From: Podarcis muralis
Taxonomy: Eukaryota
DNA: 64,000 nucleotides
Direction of reading: 5' to 3'
NCBI RefSeq assembly: GCF_964188315.1
Contig: NC_135668.1
Coordinates: forward strand, 30,008,001 to 30,072,000
A program made the position numbers and the translations under genes. A model generated the notes under the pieces. It was given only the letters and a program-made list of their open reading frames with translations, ran no database searches and had not been told where the DNA came from. Each line of letters begins with the position of its first letter. Position 1 is the first letter of the stretch. Shown here piece after piece: positions 24,001 through 39,000 of the stretch.

Positions 24001-27000
24001 CTCTGTGAGTGTGTGCACACACACTGTTGCTTGGAGTCCTATTGCAATGGCATTTGGAGGACAACACAAGAGTAGCAGAGAATCCTCAGAACTGGGAAAT
24101 CTGGCAGCACTAATGCAGAGATGTTTTTATATTCAGGCTTATTTAGTTCATTAAATTTATATAGTACTTGATTGTAGAAAACCTCAAAGTGGTTTACAGA
24201 AAGAATGAAACAGCAAGGTCATTAACAAAGCAATTAAAACATTCAAAAAATTAGAAAGCAGCAATGAACTAACAAACACATCAGCATTCTAACATGTCTG
24301 GGTAGGCTTGTCTGAAAAAAAAATGTTTTCAGCAGGCGCTGAAAGGCATCTGCCTAATGTCAACAGACAAGGAGTTCCAAAGTTGTAGGTGCTGCCACCC
24401 TAAAAGATCAAATTACTATAAATGTGGAACAGATATTATGTGCCGCCTGTAACAGTGCCATTTTGTCAGATCAAAATGGTCAAGAGGTCACATATGGAGT
24501 AAGGCAACCTCGCAGGTAGACTGGTTCCAAGTTATTAAGGGCTTTATTTGTATAGTAATACAGTGGTACCTCGGGTTACATACGCTTTAGGTTACAGACA
24601 CTTCAGGTTACAGACTCCGCTAACCCATAAATATTACCTCAGGTTAAGAACTTTGCTTCAGGATGAGAACAGAAATCGTGCGGCGGCAGCAGGAGGTCTT
24701 ATTAGCTAAAGTGGTGCTTCAGGTTAAGAACAGTTTCAGGTTAAGAATGGACCTCCAGAATGAATTAAGTACTTAACCCTCCATACAGGTACCACTGTAG
24801 TAACACCTTGAACCTGGCCTGGTAGCAAATTGACAAACAATGCAGGTCTCTGAGCACATCTGTTAATATGCTGGCCCAGTCTCACTGTCAGTATTATGCT
24901 GCAGTATTCAGCTTCACACAAGAGATCTCATGAACTCAAACAAAACCATATTTGGAATAAGAGATTTTTTAAAAAGTGGATGGATGCACAAATATCAGTA
25001 CAACTGAGCTCAGCTCTCCCTCTTCCCAGTACACTGACTATATTGGAACCAGGAAGTCAGCTCTTAGAGAAATAGTAATCTTTGGTATCACAGATTCCAT
25101 TCATCACTCAGAGACGAAAGTGTTAGTAACCTCCCAGGCACGTGGTCAGATTTGTTAGCTAGTTTCTTCCTGCTTCTGGGAGGCCACAGGGCTGGAAAAG
25201 TTGGGGCAACTGAGACAGGATGGAGGAAAGCTCTTCTCTCTTGAGAGACACAATTGCCTTCTAGGGCAGTTGCAGGAGCTCCCAGTGTTTACAGAGGTGG
25301 CCTGTGTGAGCTGCTCTCTTGATTGGAGGACTTTGCTGTCGCTCTGTGTTGGAGTGGGGAGGGTCGGGCATGGTTCACTCTTGTTATATGTCAGGAGACA
25401 GAGATCATGTGTGAAGAGGGTGACTTCAAGAGCTTAGAACATCCTTCCCTGGGGCCTCCTTGAAGTCAGGATGTGGCTAGCTTCTCATTGCTGTGACAAA
25501 TCTAGGCAGCAGATTTCTGTAAGTTGAACAGTGTTGTTCCTGAATGTTTGTCGTCTTGTAGTATTTGGAGGAATCTTGGGGCGCTTCCAGATGAGGGTGT
25601 CATGTTGCAAATGAGCCATTCAGATCCAGTTTCTTGGTACATTCTCTTCCATACACTGTTTGGGTATTTGTTGCTGCACATTCTGGTGGGCAGAGATTGA
25701 TGGAATATATTTGTGCTGTTCTGGACCTGCACACAGGTTTTTCTGTACCTGAGCACATGCAGGTTGTTTTTTTAAAAAATAATAATCACGAGAAGCACAC
25801 AAGCAAATGTCAGCAGCTGTTAATTATCACATTTCACAAAAGGCCAAATGGAGGGCTGTGCTTTTGTCAGGGAGCAATATCCATTTCCATTTGAGTTTTT
25901 AAAAAATAATACTGAGGTCTTGCACAAGAGTGATTTCAGGTGACAAGGAGAAGTGGAGTTGAGTGTCATCAGCAAATCAATAGCACCTCTCTGCAAATCC
26001 CCTGTTGATGGTATCAAGCAGCTTTGTAAAGATAATAAAAAGCTGGGGGTGGGGAATATTGTGGGACCCTCAAAGCACAAATGCAACTGAGTTAAGCGGA
26101 AAACTACCACGTTATCTTCTGAAACTGCCTCCGCAGATAGGAGCAGAACCTCCACGTCTCATGAGTCCCCTATTCCCAATTACAGGTTTGGTCCAGCAAT
26201 ACACTGTGGTCAGTGATATCAAAAGATATCAAGAGTTTTAGGAGGGTCAAGAGAGCCACAGAGGTCATTTATCAGGGCAACCAGGGTGTTTTCAGTACCA
26301 AAACTGAGCTTACACCCAGCTTGAAATGGATCTAGATCCTCGGTGTCCTTCCAAGATGCCTGCAGCTGAGTTTTTCCAAGTTCCTGCCCCAAGGGAGTAT
26401 CTGGACAGTAAATGGCCATATTTCTTGGGTCCAAAGTGGACTACCCACTCTCTGAAAGAGGTGTTGCTCATCTCTCAGACCATCTAGCTCAAGGATCAGC
26501 AAACGTTTTCAGCTGTGGGCCGGTCAGACCTTTGGGGGGGTGGACTATATTTTGGGGGGGAAATGAACGAATTCCTATGCCCCACAAATAACCCAGAGAT
26601 GCATTTTAAATAAAAGCACACATTCTACTCATGTAAAAACATGCTGATTCCCCAACATTTAGGCCGGATTTAGATGGCTCCGAGCCTTAGTTTGCCTACT
26701 CATGATCTAGCCAATGCCACTCATCCCCTGGCTAGCGGTCAATAGCCAAGACGGGTAAGGATCAAGGGTGTGGTCAGCCACACCTTTGCCAGATTCTTTA
26801 TTCATATCCTCAGGCTGCTTCAGTTGAAACTGATCCCATAAAGAGACTTGACATCTTCATAGGAGCTGCATCCAAGTTGGTCAGGTTCACAGTCAATACA
26901 AACCACTTTAAGACACAAATGTTTCACGTCGCTTTCCTCCAATAAGGTCCCTGCTAAGACTGCTCTGTTTTCAGTCTTCCCTAGAGACTGCAGTGACTGT

Positions 27001-30000
27001 GTTTGAGGAGGGGAAGAGAGATGGGTGGCCTGATCAGGCTCTAGGGTTCTAGAAGAGCCCAGACTGCTCACTAGATGCCCTCACTTTTTACAGCAGTAAA
27101 AAAATACAACTTCCGCATGATACTTGAATTTCAGAACTGCACAAGCATTTGGAGAGGGGAGTACACATCTCCCCTCTCCACAGAACATCACACTTTGTGT
27201 CCATCCCCTATTGGAAGGTAGGTTGGAGGGAGTTTCCTGGTCCTCCCTGAACAGGTTCTTCTTCCTCCTCCTCCTCCTCCTCCTCCTCCTCCTCTTCTTC
27301 TTCTTCTTCCCACCCCTCTGACTGGGTTGCCCCAGCCACTTTGGCTGGCTTCCAACATATATAAAAACATAATAAAACAATACACATTAAAATATGATGG
27401 ACTCTGCCTTTCTCTGCCCCATGGTGGTCCCCACAGACCACCTGAATGGGTAGTCTGAGACACTCCCTCTGTCTCCCTTGTTAAAATTTTTTCGCAATGC
27501 CTGCAGTGGCCCTCTGAGATGTTGGCTGTTTTCTGTGTAAACACAAGCTGGCTGTGTTATCAGTGGGTTTGGGAGGCGTTGATTTGTCCAGCTGCTGCTG
27601 TGGCCATTCAAGGGGCAGGAAGTCATGGGGCGGCCCAGCTCCAGCAGGCAAATTCTGGTAATTCTCCTTCACCTCTTCATGCCTGACCTTCCCGCTAGCT
27701 ACATTGTGCTTGGGCCTCTTAGCCGTTCTGTTGCACTGCCCCTCAAACTTGCTGTTATCCTGCTCTATGAACACTTGCAGAAAAGCCGGGATTTCAACAG
27801 TCAGCTGTTTTTCTCAGGGATGAGGAACATGTGCCCCCTTCCCAGAAATGGTTGCACTACAATTCCTATCATCCATGAGCCATGCTAGCTGCTGGGATTT
27901 GAAGTCCAGCACCTGGAGGGCTTCAGTTGTTCCCCATCCCTGCTGGACAAAATTGCATTGCTTACTTTAATAAATGTTTCTAAATGGTTGACACAAAAAC
28001 TATACAAATACCACAACTCAGAAAAATGTCCCAAAACTAGAGAAAACTAAAACGGAGTAATCTGCAAAACAGAGAACTTTGAGTCAGAGTTCAAGACAGC
28101 TTGAGTAAACATAAAGTTTTAAAAGAGTTGTTTAAAGGTCATTCCTGTCTCCTCACAAATTACCCAAGGGGAGGGCATTCCAGGGGTTGAGATGGCTTAA
28201 CAGACCTGCTTCCATGTTGTCACCATCAGCTGGTCATGAGATGACCAGGAAAGCATCCTGAGAGGATCACATAGATATGGGCTTTGGGGGTATTGGTAAA
28301 TTTCCTTCCCCATACTTTCAGGGTTGAGATTTTTAAATGCCCTAGATCAGGACTGGCTAATCTATGGGCCTTCCAGATGTTGGACTACAACTCCCATCCT
28401 CCCCGACCCTTGGCCACCCTGACTGCAGCTGATTGAGGACCACAGACACACTCCACACCTGCTCTAGGTCTTTGGCCTGGGTCTTTCTGACACCCCAAGC
28501 TGAAGTGGCCGCCTCATACTTTGCCCTGCCCATCTAGGCTAGCATCCTGTTTCCTGCAGTAGCCAAAGAGATGCCTTCATCCCACAAGCAGGACATGAAA
28601 GCAACAACTTCTCTCCTGGTGGAGGGCAGGGAGGGGGAGTTCTGCTCCCCAGCAACTGGTATTTAGGCACAGTTGCATATAGCCATTATGACGGATGACT
28701 ACTGACTAATGATAAGACTTCTCTTCCTCTGTGAATTTGTCCCTCTTTTCTATAGCACTGATTTGGGACTTTCAGAATACAGTGGTACCTCGGGTTACAT
28801 ACACATCAGGTTACATACGCTTCAGGTTACAGACTCCACTAACCCAGAAATAGTACCTCAGGTTAAGAACTTTGCTTCAGGATGAGAACAGAAATCGTGC
28901 TCCGGCAGCGCGGCAGCTGCGGGAGGCCCCATTAGCTAAAGTGGTGCTTCAGGTTAAGAACAGTTTCAGGTTAAGAACGGACCTCTGGAACGAGGTACCA
29001 CTGTATTCTGAATTGAGGTTTTATTTTAGGGATGGGGGAACCCTGCCCTGATTGAGCTCTTTAGGATGTTGATTTGACTTACATGTAGTAAACAAAACTT
29101 GTAATTTAATTTTACATTTGTAGATAGACGAACAGACACTTCAAATGTCTTTTCAATAGCCAAAAGTAGTTAAGCCGAAACATTTTATTGTGGTGGGGAG
29201 ATCAGTAAAGGGCATCGTGTGGTTTATATTCAAATGAAATGAGAGCAATTCTTGGAAACTGATTTTATGGGAATACTTACTTGGAAATGTCTCAAGAGAT
29301 GTCAGCTCAACAGCTTGAACTTCCCTTTTATGTTAAATTTGGATTTGAAGGGAATTTTAGCCTGCTTGAAGAACTGAGCGGAATAATATCCGCCCTTCCT
29401 ATGGAGAGTCGCCTGAAAAAGTTAGTTGCAACTTTGACTTTAAGCTGCGGCCTGCCACTGTGCTGCTGCACTCAGCCAATTCATTCTCTTGCTGGTTAAC
29501 TATATGAAGCAAGGCATTTCTAAAGGTAAACTTTCCATGGAGAAATGCAGCAGTGGGGAAATCTCTGCCCCACTTTATTCAGGTTTGGTGCCATGGAGGA
29601 GGGCATTGGCAGGGAAGCCTAACTTTGAATTGCTGGTGGAAATTGTCAGAATTGGGACCTCTCCACCCTTCCCAGAATGCTGCTGTCTGTCACCCAAAAG
29701 GAGTTCATGGTCTCTAGAAAGCAATGCAGCAGAGAACTCTAGCTAGCCCCTCTGTGATTTCATAGCCCTTTTACTGTGTTCATCTTCTCCTCCCCTCAGC
29801 CCAGCTAAACTTGTTCTCCTGGGATAGAAGGGGCTTTGCTGAATCCCACCCACTCATCCAGCCTGCCAAAAAGGGTTGTGCTGCCCTCAGCAAAACCCAG
29901 CCGGCTCTGTTTGTGCTCACAGATCTCTTGCCAGGTGCAGCTTGTTGGCCCAGTCTTTGAATCTTAGGGAGAATCCCATAGGAGAAGCAACTGCTGAGCT

Positions 30001-33000
30001 GGAGGGAGATTCTGTCTAGCGCTTTGCTTTGCTTGGATGGGTCCCTTTGCTGATGCAGCTCTCTGTGCTTTCTGTAAGCCTGCTTCAAGCTTAGTCAACG
30101 CTTCAGGGCACAGTGGCAAGAGGCAAAGTGTGTGTGAGAGAGAGGGGGGAGAGAGAGAGGTAGAGAAGCCTGGCCTGTGACTTGCACCTCAGTTCATGGC
30201 TTCCACAGTTGCATAACCTTTGCCAAGCTGGATCCTTTGGAATACAACTCCCATCTTCTGGACATGGGGGCTGAGGCTGCTAGGAGCTGTAGTCCTAAAC
30301 ATCTGGAAGGCTATGGGTTGGTGATGGCTGCCAGAGAGAGAGAGGGGGGGGGGAGACATGACACCTTGCCTGTGAGAATCAGCTGACAAACTAGGCATTC
30401 TTTGTGCCTCATTGGGTACGAAAGGAGGAGCCCCTGGGAATGCTGACACCTAGTTGTGGGCCAGGGCCTCTCTGTGCTGCGCAGAAGAGGCTGAGCCAGC
30501 TGTTCCTTCTCAGCCCAGCCTGACCTTCCTGCTGACGGAGCTCCAGGACTTCCTGCAAAGTTTGCCTTAGGGGTGCCCAAACTTTTTTCAAAGAGGGCCA
30601 GATTTGATGAAGTGAACACCAAAGCGGTTGACCTTTATTTAGGATTGAAGTTGTTGAGGTTTTTTTTTAGGATTTTACCCTTTTACCCCAGGAAATACCG
30701 TAAACTGCCACAGGGGCCGGATTGAACCGACCAGCGGGCCACATTAGGCCCCCGAAATGGACTTGGACATGCCTGCTTTAGGTCCAGGCAGGTGGCAGCT
30801 TCCTGCTTCTTGGGGAAAAGGAAGAACTGCTTGAATGACAGAGGGTGATGTGACTGGAAAAGGGGAAGAGGAGCTGGGCGCAGCCTGGTTGGTGTCTTCT
30901 CCCGCCCCCCTTGGTGGGATGCTCTACCCAGGAAGGCCCACCTGACTCCGTCATGCTCAGTTTATAGTCCCTAAATTTAGATGCTTTTGTCTCCATGTTC
31001 TGGCTCATAACATTGGACTGTTTTGAAATTTGATTTCTATTATAATTTGTATTTATGAGTTTCAGTTGTATACATTTCAACAATAGCTTAACAGTAGTTC
31101 TAACATTTCAAACCTTGACTTACTTCCTCCTCTTTCTGCGATTCCTTAAATTTATTTTCATCTTTTATTCATTTACTTTGATATACATTTTTTGAAACTG
31201 CCAGTTATTACAATAATCCTGCCAATGTCTTTATCTGTTTACAGTTTGCTTGTAAATATACAACAAACAATTTCCATTCCCTTATGAAAAGTTTATTATC
31301 TTGATTTTTACTATTTTGAAATTAGATTTCTGACCTTTTCATACTTATTGATGGATGGGCACTTTTTGGTATTTGTGTATTTGGCTTGAGTGTTTCTTAC
31401 ACTATTCGTATTTTATGAATGGCATGTTGCTCTGAGGCATTTTTTTGTGAAAAGTGATGAATAACTCGATTAATAGATTAATGTTGTAGCTTCCTGGGGT
31501 TGGACAGAGCCAGCAGGATCTGCCCCCTGCTCAAATGGCTGCCCGGCCTCTGCCTCAGAGAGAGATCCTCACCATCCCTCCAGGTCTCCATTGACAAGCC
31601 ACACTTTTAATTCCAGAGTTTCTCCAAATGTGTTCCTGCTTCTTCTGCCCATGAGATCTATAAAGGCCCAGTGGTATCCCGACAGGCAGAGTGCCCTGTT
31701 ACTCTGGCCAGCTGCTTCTTAGCGCGGCCAGTTATCCAGGGACAGTCCCTCTTCCAGTCGTCTTCACCTTTTGTCACACATTCAAGGGGTGACTCAGCCG
31801 CAAGAGAGCAGGTCACCTGAGGGGATATTGGGAACTCCTTTGGCCTCCTTCTCTTTCCTCTCATTTGCCTATGATGAGTAATTAGTGGTGGAGACAAGGC
31901 AAGACAGACTCTTGCTGTCCCTTTGCCCCTTTTGTATCACACCTATGCCACCTGTGGGGCTCAAGGCCATTAGTCATCCTTGGGGGATGGGCACCTACCA
32001 AAGCTCTCAGCTGGGAAGTCTTTGGGAAGAGGCATCAGTGTCTGCATGTCCTCCCAGGTGTTCTTTTGATCCCTCACTGTACCTGTGAGATGCTCACCCA
32101 CACAGCCTCACCAGTGAGACCAATTATCGTTGAATCTTTCTCACACTCACCTGTGTGGGAATGTTTTCCTTGCTCAGTTCATAGGAACACCAGTGCTCAA
32201 AGTGTCACCTTTCAGGTTCTCAACCAGATTCAAGCATTTTCTCCTGGCTAGGGCTGGCTGGCAGGTTTTAGATGAGGCTTGTGTTGTGGGAGAGCCAGGT
32301 GGAATGGGAAGAGTGTCACAAGGTGGATTGATGGAGGTGTGCAGGCACTCAGGTGATTGATGCATGGGGTGTTCTTGTAGCACTGCCTGTTTCAGTAGGC
32401 AGCTTCCAAACTTGAATGCAGTGGGGGGGGGGATAAGCAGTGTAATCTGAAGGTGGCTGTGTTCTCTATTTGAAGAGCATCAGAGAGTCAAGTTTAAAGA
32501 CAGAGAAGCTTTGGGGTAGGGCATGCCACCTGGGCAGCAGACTGAGGGTGCTCACATGGCCACAGACTTCCCTGTTATGCTGAGATGTAGTTTTATTTAA
32601 ATGGCAGCAATTGTTTCTAAATTTGCATCTGTACATTTAAACTAGCGTATGCACATTTTATGCAGATCTGTGTCCTCTTTCTTTCTTTGGGGTGATGCAT
32701 TTACTTTCCTGGCTGTTTTGGTGACCCATAAGTGGGTTATCCTTTAATTCAGTGGTTTCCAAAGTGAGCAGTACCACTCCCTGGGGGGCATTGAGATTAC
32801 CTAGGGGGACACCAAGAGGCAACGGGATGACAGGGGACCCCTGTCTATCAGACTTTGGAAAGCTGGTATCACTGGATCAAGTTCATCAATTTTGTTGACT
32901 TAATTAAACCAGGAGTTTAATTAGAATTTGAATAAGTGTGCAATGTTGCTGTTCTGAAAGTCACTGTGTTATTACCTTCCTGAGTGGATCATGCAAACAG

Positions 33001-36000
33001 CTTTTCTTAATACTGCTTTTTATAGGGTAAGGTAGGGGGCACTGGGGATAAGTTTGTGGAACCAAGGGGGCGGCAGCCTGAAAAGGTTTGGAAATCACTG
33101 CTCTAGTTTATTAAAGAGGAATTTGCATTCCTGCATTGTGGAGGGTTGAACTAGATGACTCTTGGGGTCCCTTCCAACTCTACAGTTCCACGATTCTATG
33201 AATTTCCAAACTCCCAGAGCCCCTCAGCTATCAAAGGAGCAGCAGAAGGGCACCGGAGGCTCCTCCTTTCTCAGCCACGGTCCACAGAGCTGCAGGGAGA
33301 TGGCTGTTGCCCATGGCTGGCTGGGAACAAACTGTGTGGCTCTTTGAGCCACGTGTGGGCTGAAGTTGGGAAGCTGCTCCGGGTTCCCTTGGCAGGGCCG
33401 GAGCACCAGCCGCCCTCACCTACGCCAGGCCTGTGTTGCCACCCATGAAGGAGAGCAGGGCTGGGAGAACTTTTCAGCCTTTTAGTGAAGCAGGAGCAGG
33501 AACGGGCTGGAACTTGTCCAGTGGCAAACAATCAGGCACAGGCTTGCTTGAAACACACAGAACAGGCTGTGCTGCAGAGCTGGAGTCGTGCAACAGGGAA
33601 GGTCACCCAAGGTCACCTGGGTTGGGCTTCGCAATCCAGCACCGAGGCTGTTTCCCAGACTCTGCAGGCAAGCTCCCAGGGAGAGTCCCTGTGATGGGTG
33701 CCACACCCAGGTGCTCTGCCCTCCCCTCCCTTCTGCTGAAGCTACGCAGACCCCGCCAGCCTCCCCAGCCAGTCCTCTAGGCGTCCAGAGCATGGTAACT
33801 CTGGCTCACGCTCCAAAATGAGAGGTCCTGGGGCTGAAAGCTGTGCCCTTGAGGCCTCAGCTGTGTGCCAGTTCAAATGGAGTTGGATGCCAGTGCCCCA
33901 CAAAGAGTTGGGCCAAGAATGGCAATGGGTGACTCACAGGTGTGTGTGTGTGTCCCCCACTCAATAGGGTCCTATCCTGCACTGCAGCTGAATCATCCAG
34001 CAGTTTCAGGTACCCTCAGGCAGAGGTGAGTCATTTCCTGTTAGCAAGAGCCCTGACTGGAAGCCATCTGCAGGAGGGTCTTTCCCCCAGAGTCAGGTAC
34101 CACCTCTTTGCTCCGAAGCGGAAGGGGAAAGGAGCACAGACAGAGTCATCCCAGGTGTGGAGGTGGAGGGGAATTTTGAGCAGCAGCCAGCTCTGCCTTG
34201 GGGCATCATTCATCCTCTGCCCCTCACCCCCCCCAAATAAAACTCCATCATACATGCAAGAGGGAACCAGTAAGCCAGTTGTGGAGATTTTGGCATGTGC
34301 CACACCACAGCCTCTGGGAATGTTGCCTTGCCCAAGGCTGTTGTGGAGACGACGACACCACGAGCGCCACCAAGAACCATAGAATGGTAGAGCATCATCT
34401 AGTTCAATCCTCTGCAGTGAAGGAATATGCAGCTGTCCCATATGGGGATCAAACCTGCAACCTTGCCATTACTCTATTAGCACAGAGGTGGACATGAGAG
34501 AAAAGTAACTGCAAAACCTGCAGTGGGTAGAAAAGACTGGGAGCAAATAACTCCTTTTGATGATCTGAAAAGGCTGGACTCCTGTCTTCTGCCTTACTGC
34601 TCGGGTGGATTATTGAAACTCATTCACCTTTTCTGTATTTGTGTGTGGCCAATTCCCTGAGCAAAATGCTGCTCTTGGGCATTCTGCAATACTGAATGTT
34701 GTTTGCAACACTCAAATGCCTTTTTGGAGTGTTCTGACCTGTTATGTCTACCTTGAGCTTTGTTGAATGAACTTTATTACGGTCACAGACCAGGATAGCC
34801 TTGAGCTTTGTTTTGGCAAATGAAGTTGCAGTAGAGACATGCTTGATAAGTTGTTGAAATGTGGCAGCGCTTTTGTTCTCTGCTTGGTGAGGGGGCAGAA
34901 CTACTTGGGACACTGGGGTTCAACCTGCCACTCAAAGGCCATCTCTCTCTTCTTATCCCCTTCCCCCCAGGCTCCCCCCTTCGGCCCTTGACCCGCTTTG
35001 AAGAGCCTGGAATCACCAACTACACCACGATGATGCTGAGCCCAGATGGGGGCACCTTGTATGCAGGTGCCCGTGAGAGGCTCCTTGCTCTCAATACCAC
35101 CTCCTTCTCTCCTGGGCCACAGCACCAAAAAGTAAGTGAAGGGTGCCCACAGGGCACTTTAGAGCCCCCCAGTTCAGATGTGCAGTGGAAATATACAGGA
35201 AGGACATCACTGGCTGACGGACTAGCTGGTTGTTTCCATTGTACCTCTCAGTCTGATGGGACCAGCAAGTCCCTACTCATCCTGGAAGCAGTTTGGGCCG
35301 CAGTCAAGGAGCCAGTCCTCAACACTTGCAGCAGAGGCTGCCTCTCCTTCCCCCTCTGAGGGTTCCTAGCCTGGGAGGGTTCCAAACCATTGCCACACAC
35401 AACTTCACTCTTTGGGTTCAGGCACAGAAACTGGCAACCTGAGGATCTTGGAGCCTGTGGTCTTTCTAAAAGCAAGCTGCTTCAGCCTTGGATTGAGGAG
35501 GACAGTTTGGAAATGCTGGTCAGCACCCCCATGGCCTTCCAGGTGCCAAAGGTGCTGCTGCTGCTGCTTCCCTTAGCCCTGCCCCATGGAGGTTACTCTA
35601 GATGCCAGGGTCCTGCTCTTGGCATAATATTTGGGCCACTTTAGGAGAATGCTGGGGTTTTCCATTTAATGCATCTGCAGCCCTGGCACTGGACATCACT
35701 GGGCTGGCCCCCCTTGCAGTGGGTGAGCTGTCTTTTGGGGCAGGAGACTGCCACAGATGAGGTTCACTGAGAGGCCCCAGAAAGTACCAGTGGAGAAATC
35801 AAGGGTCCATTGGGAATGGGGCAAGAGGGGCACTGCTGGGGCTCACAGCCTGCCAAGGATGGCTCTGAAATGCCATTCTAGAAACCGCCCTAGAGGGAGG
35901 CAAAGGGAGTGCCTGGACTGAGCCCCCTGGTCACCGCCTCTCTTCCTGTCTTGCAGTTGCTGTGGGGGGCTGAGGAGGAGAAGAAGCGTCAGTGTGTCTT

Positions 36001-39000
36001 CAAGGGCAAAGACCCCCAGGTGAGTGCCAGGGATGTGACTCCCCCCTCCCTACCAGAAGTGGGTCTGCCTTTCCTGTGCCAGGGGGGCTCCTTCTGCCCC
36101 TTGGATTGAGCTGTGACCCGCTCAAGGCATCCCCTCCATTGCTGGGGGGCATTCTGAGTTCGCCAGAGCTCAAAGCTTTCCTCTTCTGTCCCTTGCAGAG
36201 AGACTGTCACAATTACATCAAGATCTTGCTGCAGCTGAACAGTACCCACCTGTACACCTGTGGGACCAGCGCCTTCAGCCCTACTTGCACCTACATTGTG
36301 AGTAAGCTTGTGGGGGGAGGCACACCCTGCTGCCAGTATGGGACCCCTCGCCTTGGAGAATCAGAACTATCAGGTTGGGCCAACCAGCTCAGCTTTCACC
36401 AGCCTGGTGCTCTCTAGGTATTTCAAACTACAACTCCCAGCAGCCCAGCCAGTGCGGCAGTTCCCCCATCAACCCCTGTGTCACATGCAAGCTGGGGCTG
36501 ATGAGGGTGGTAGTCAAAGCACGTGGAGGGCACCAGGTTGGCAGAGACTGAGCTATCTCAAGAGACTCTCCCATACACCCTTCAGCAGGATCAAGGAAAT
36601 GCCTTTTGCAGATGTTTGTCCTGCCAGGAGTTTCTACCACCTCCCTGGGCAACCTGACCCAGTCCTGTATGGACCTTCTCGCACTGGATCAAGCCTCATT
36701 CATGAAGAAGCCTCCAGCTGCCAGTTGTGGGTAGACCCTGTTTTCTGGGAAGGAGCCAGTGCTGTTTACTGCTGTAGTGTTGAAAACACAGCTCTGTGCT
36801 CTCACAGGCCAAGACCCTGGCAGGATTTGCACCTGGAGGCTGTGCAAGGGTCTTCTTGAAGGCCCTAGAGTTAGAGTCTACATGGTCAGGGAGCCCCAGC
36901 CCCTACTATTTGGGGTTAGTGGGAAGGATTAGGCTAGGTCTTGTCTCCTGGCGTATTTGAGCCCCCACACCTTTTTAAAAAACAGAAATCAAACGTTTTT
37001 GCCTCAACACCACCCCCAAATACATACTTCCTGGCATCTTCCTGACTGCACCATCCTCCCCTTTAGAACATTCCAGAATTCAGCCTGAAGCGAGAGGCCT
37101 CCGGGAAGCTGTTGCTGGAGGACGGGAAAGGGCGCTGCCCCTTTGATCCTGCATACAGGTCCACGGCCATCATGGTTGGTAAGGAGATCCTGGGTTATAG
37201 CCAGTGGCTGCCTCCCTTCATTCCATGGAACCAAGGAGGGAAGGGCCTGGGCCACCCCCAGGACTGGAAGAGTCATAGAATCATAGACGGGGGGACGGGG
37301 ACCCAAAGGGTCAACTAGTCCAGTCCCCTGCAATGCAGCAGGGAGAGGGGATCCAGCCAAGTTTTTCTAAAGCATTGAAGAAGAGGAGACTGTCCGTGGG
37401 TGTCTGGTAAAGGGCTCTGAGGGTCTCCCTGATGGGGATGCTTTCTGGCAGATGGAGAACTGTATGCGGGGACTGTGAGCAACTTCCAAGGCAACGAGCC
37501 AACCATCCTGCGGAGTCACGGCAGTCGCCCGGCCATCAAGACCGAGAACTCGCTCAACTGGCTGCAAGGTGTGTGGGGTAGCATAAGAACATGAGAAGAG
37601 CCTTCTAGATCAGGCCCATCTAGTCAATCATCCAACCAGAGGCCCCAAAGGGAATCCCTGCAAGCAGAATCCGAGCAGAATAGCCCTCTCCCCTCCTGCG
37701 GTTTCCAGCAGCTGGTATTCAGAAGCATGGCTGGCTCTGACTGTGGATGCAGAGCCGAGCCTTGTGGCTAGTAGGCACCCATAGTCCTCTCCTTCGTCGA
37801 GATGGGTGAGCAGGGAAGCTCTGCTGCTCAGTGAGATGACTGGGGAGCATGTTTATTGCCTCAAATGGCTTGGACATCAGGACCTTCACTGGCCCTTCCC
37901 ATGGTCTTGGGGGCAGGAGTGAATTCGCAAGAGCCTTCTTCAAGCCAAGGTGTTCTTCTACCGGCTAGACCCTCTGCAGCTCTGGTTTGGACTCGCCATT
38001 GGGATGGGGGGCTCCAAGCCTCTTCCTTGGATCCAGATCCATGGGATGAGGGAGCAACTGCAGAAAGGCCTGCCTCTGCCATCAGGAGGGCTGCAGCTCA
38101 GCAGCAGAGCATCTGCCGTGCATGCGGAAAGTCCCAGGATCAGTCCCCAATGGCATCTCCAGGGAGGGGGTCGGAGCGACTCCTGCCTGAAACCCTGGAG
38201 AGCTGCTGCCCGCCAGTGTAGGTAATGCTGAGCAAGATGGACCAATGGTCTGTCTCTGTATAAGGCAGCTTCCTATGTTCCTATGTGCCACAGATCCCTT
38301 CTTTGTGGGCTCAGCCTACCTGCGAGAGAGCCACCCGCCCAGCAGCCCCCAGGGGGACGATGACAAGATCTACTTCTTCTTCAGCGAAAGTGGCAAGGAG
38401 TTTGACTTCTTTGAAGACACTGTTGTGTCACGCATCGCCCGCGTGTGCAAGGTGAGGAGGGCTTCGTCTGTTTGGGGACTGGGATGTTTTCCCCCCCTTT
38501 CCCTTTTTGCTCTTTGCAAAAGTTTGGAGAAGGTGGAAACCTGCCTTTCTGCTGAGCCAGGGCCAGCCCAAGACATTTTGCTGCCTGAGCCAGAGCAGTA
38601 AATGGTCCTCCTCGCCCGCTTAATTCAAGGTTCATTGTGCCCAAGGCTGGCCGAGTTATTTTGGCGCCTGAGGCAGGAGATTCTACAAGCGCGTCTCCCT
38701 GGGAGAAGAATGGTCATAAACTAATAAACTAGCAATATGCTGCTGCCCTTGCTGCCTTCTCTGGGCCTGCAGCGTCCCCTGGTGCCCATCTCTTGCTCTC
38801 TCATGCCTTCTCTCGGCAACAGCAAGAACAGCAAGGGGCAGCTGGGAGGAGCTCCCAGCTGGGTTCAGCGTGGAAGGAGAGCTTAAAAAAATTAAAAAGC
38901 CACCTTTCTGTCCCAGGTGGAGAACTCTATTTTTATGTGCAACAGGTTTCGACCAGTTCCTCTCAAAGTTTTATTGAAGCATTTCTTATTTATTGGATTT

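Noticed and set aside
27081-27544. ORFs with poly-R, poly-E, poly-G or poly-L runs
   Set aside because: Translations of the (CTT)/(CCT) microsatellite tail of an L2 fragment.
30568-30775. Another hAT-like element (TAGGGGTGCCCAAAC...TTGGACATGCCTG)
   Set aside because: The termini look hAT-like but the 8-bp flanks do not match (GTTTGCCT vs CTTTAGGT), and no gene cargo is evident; boundaries unsupported.
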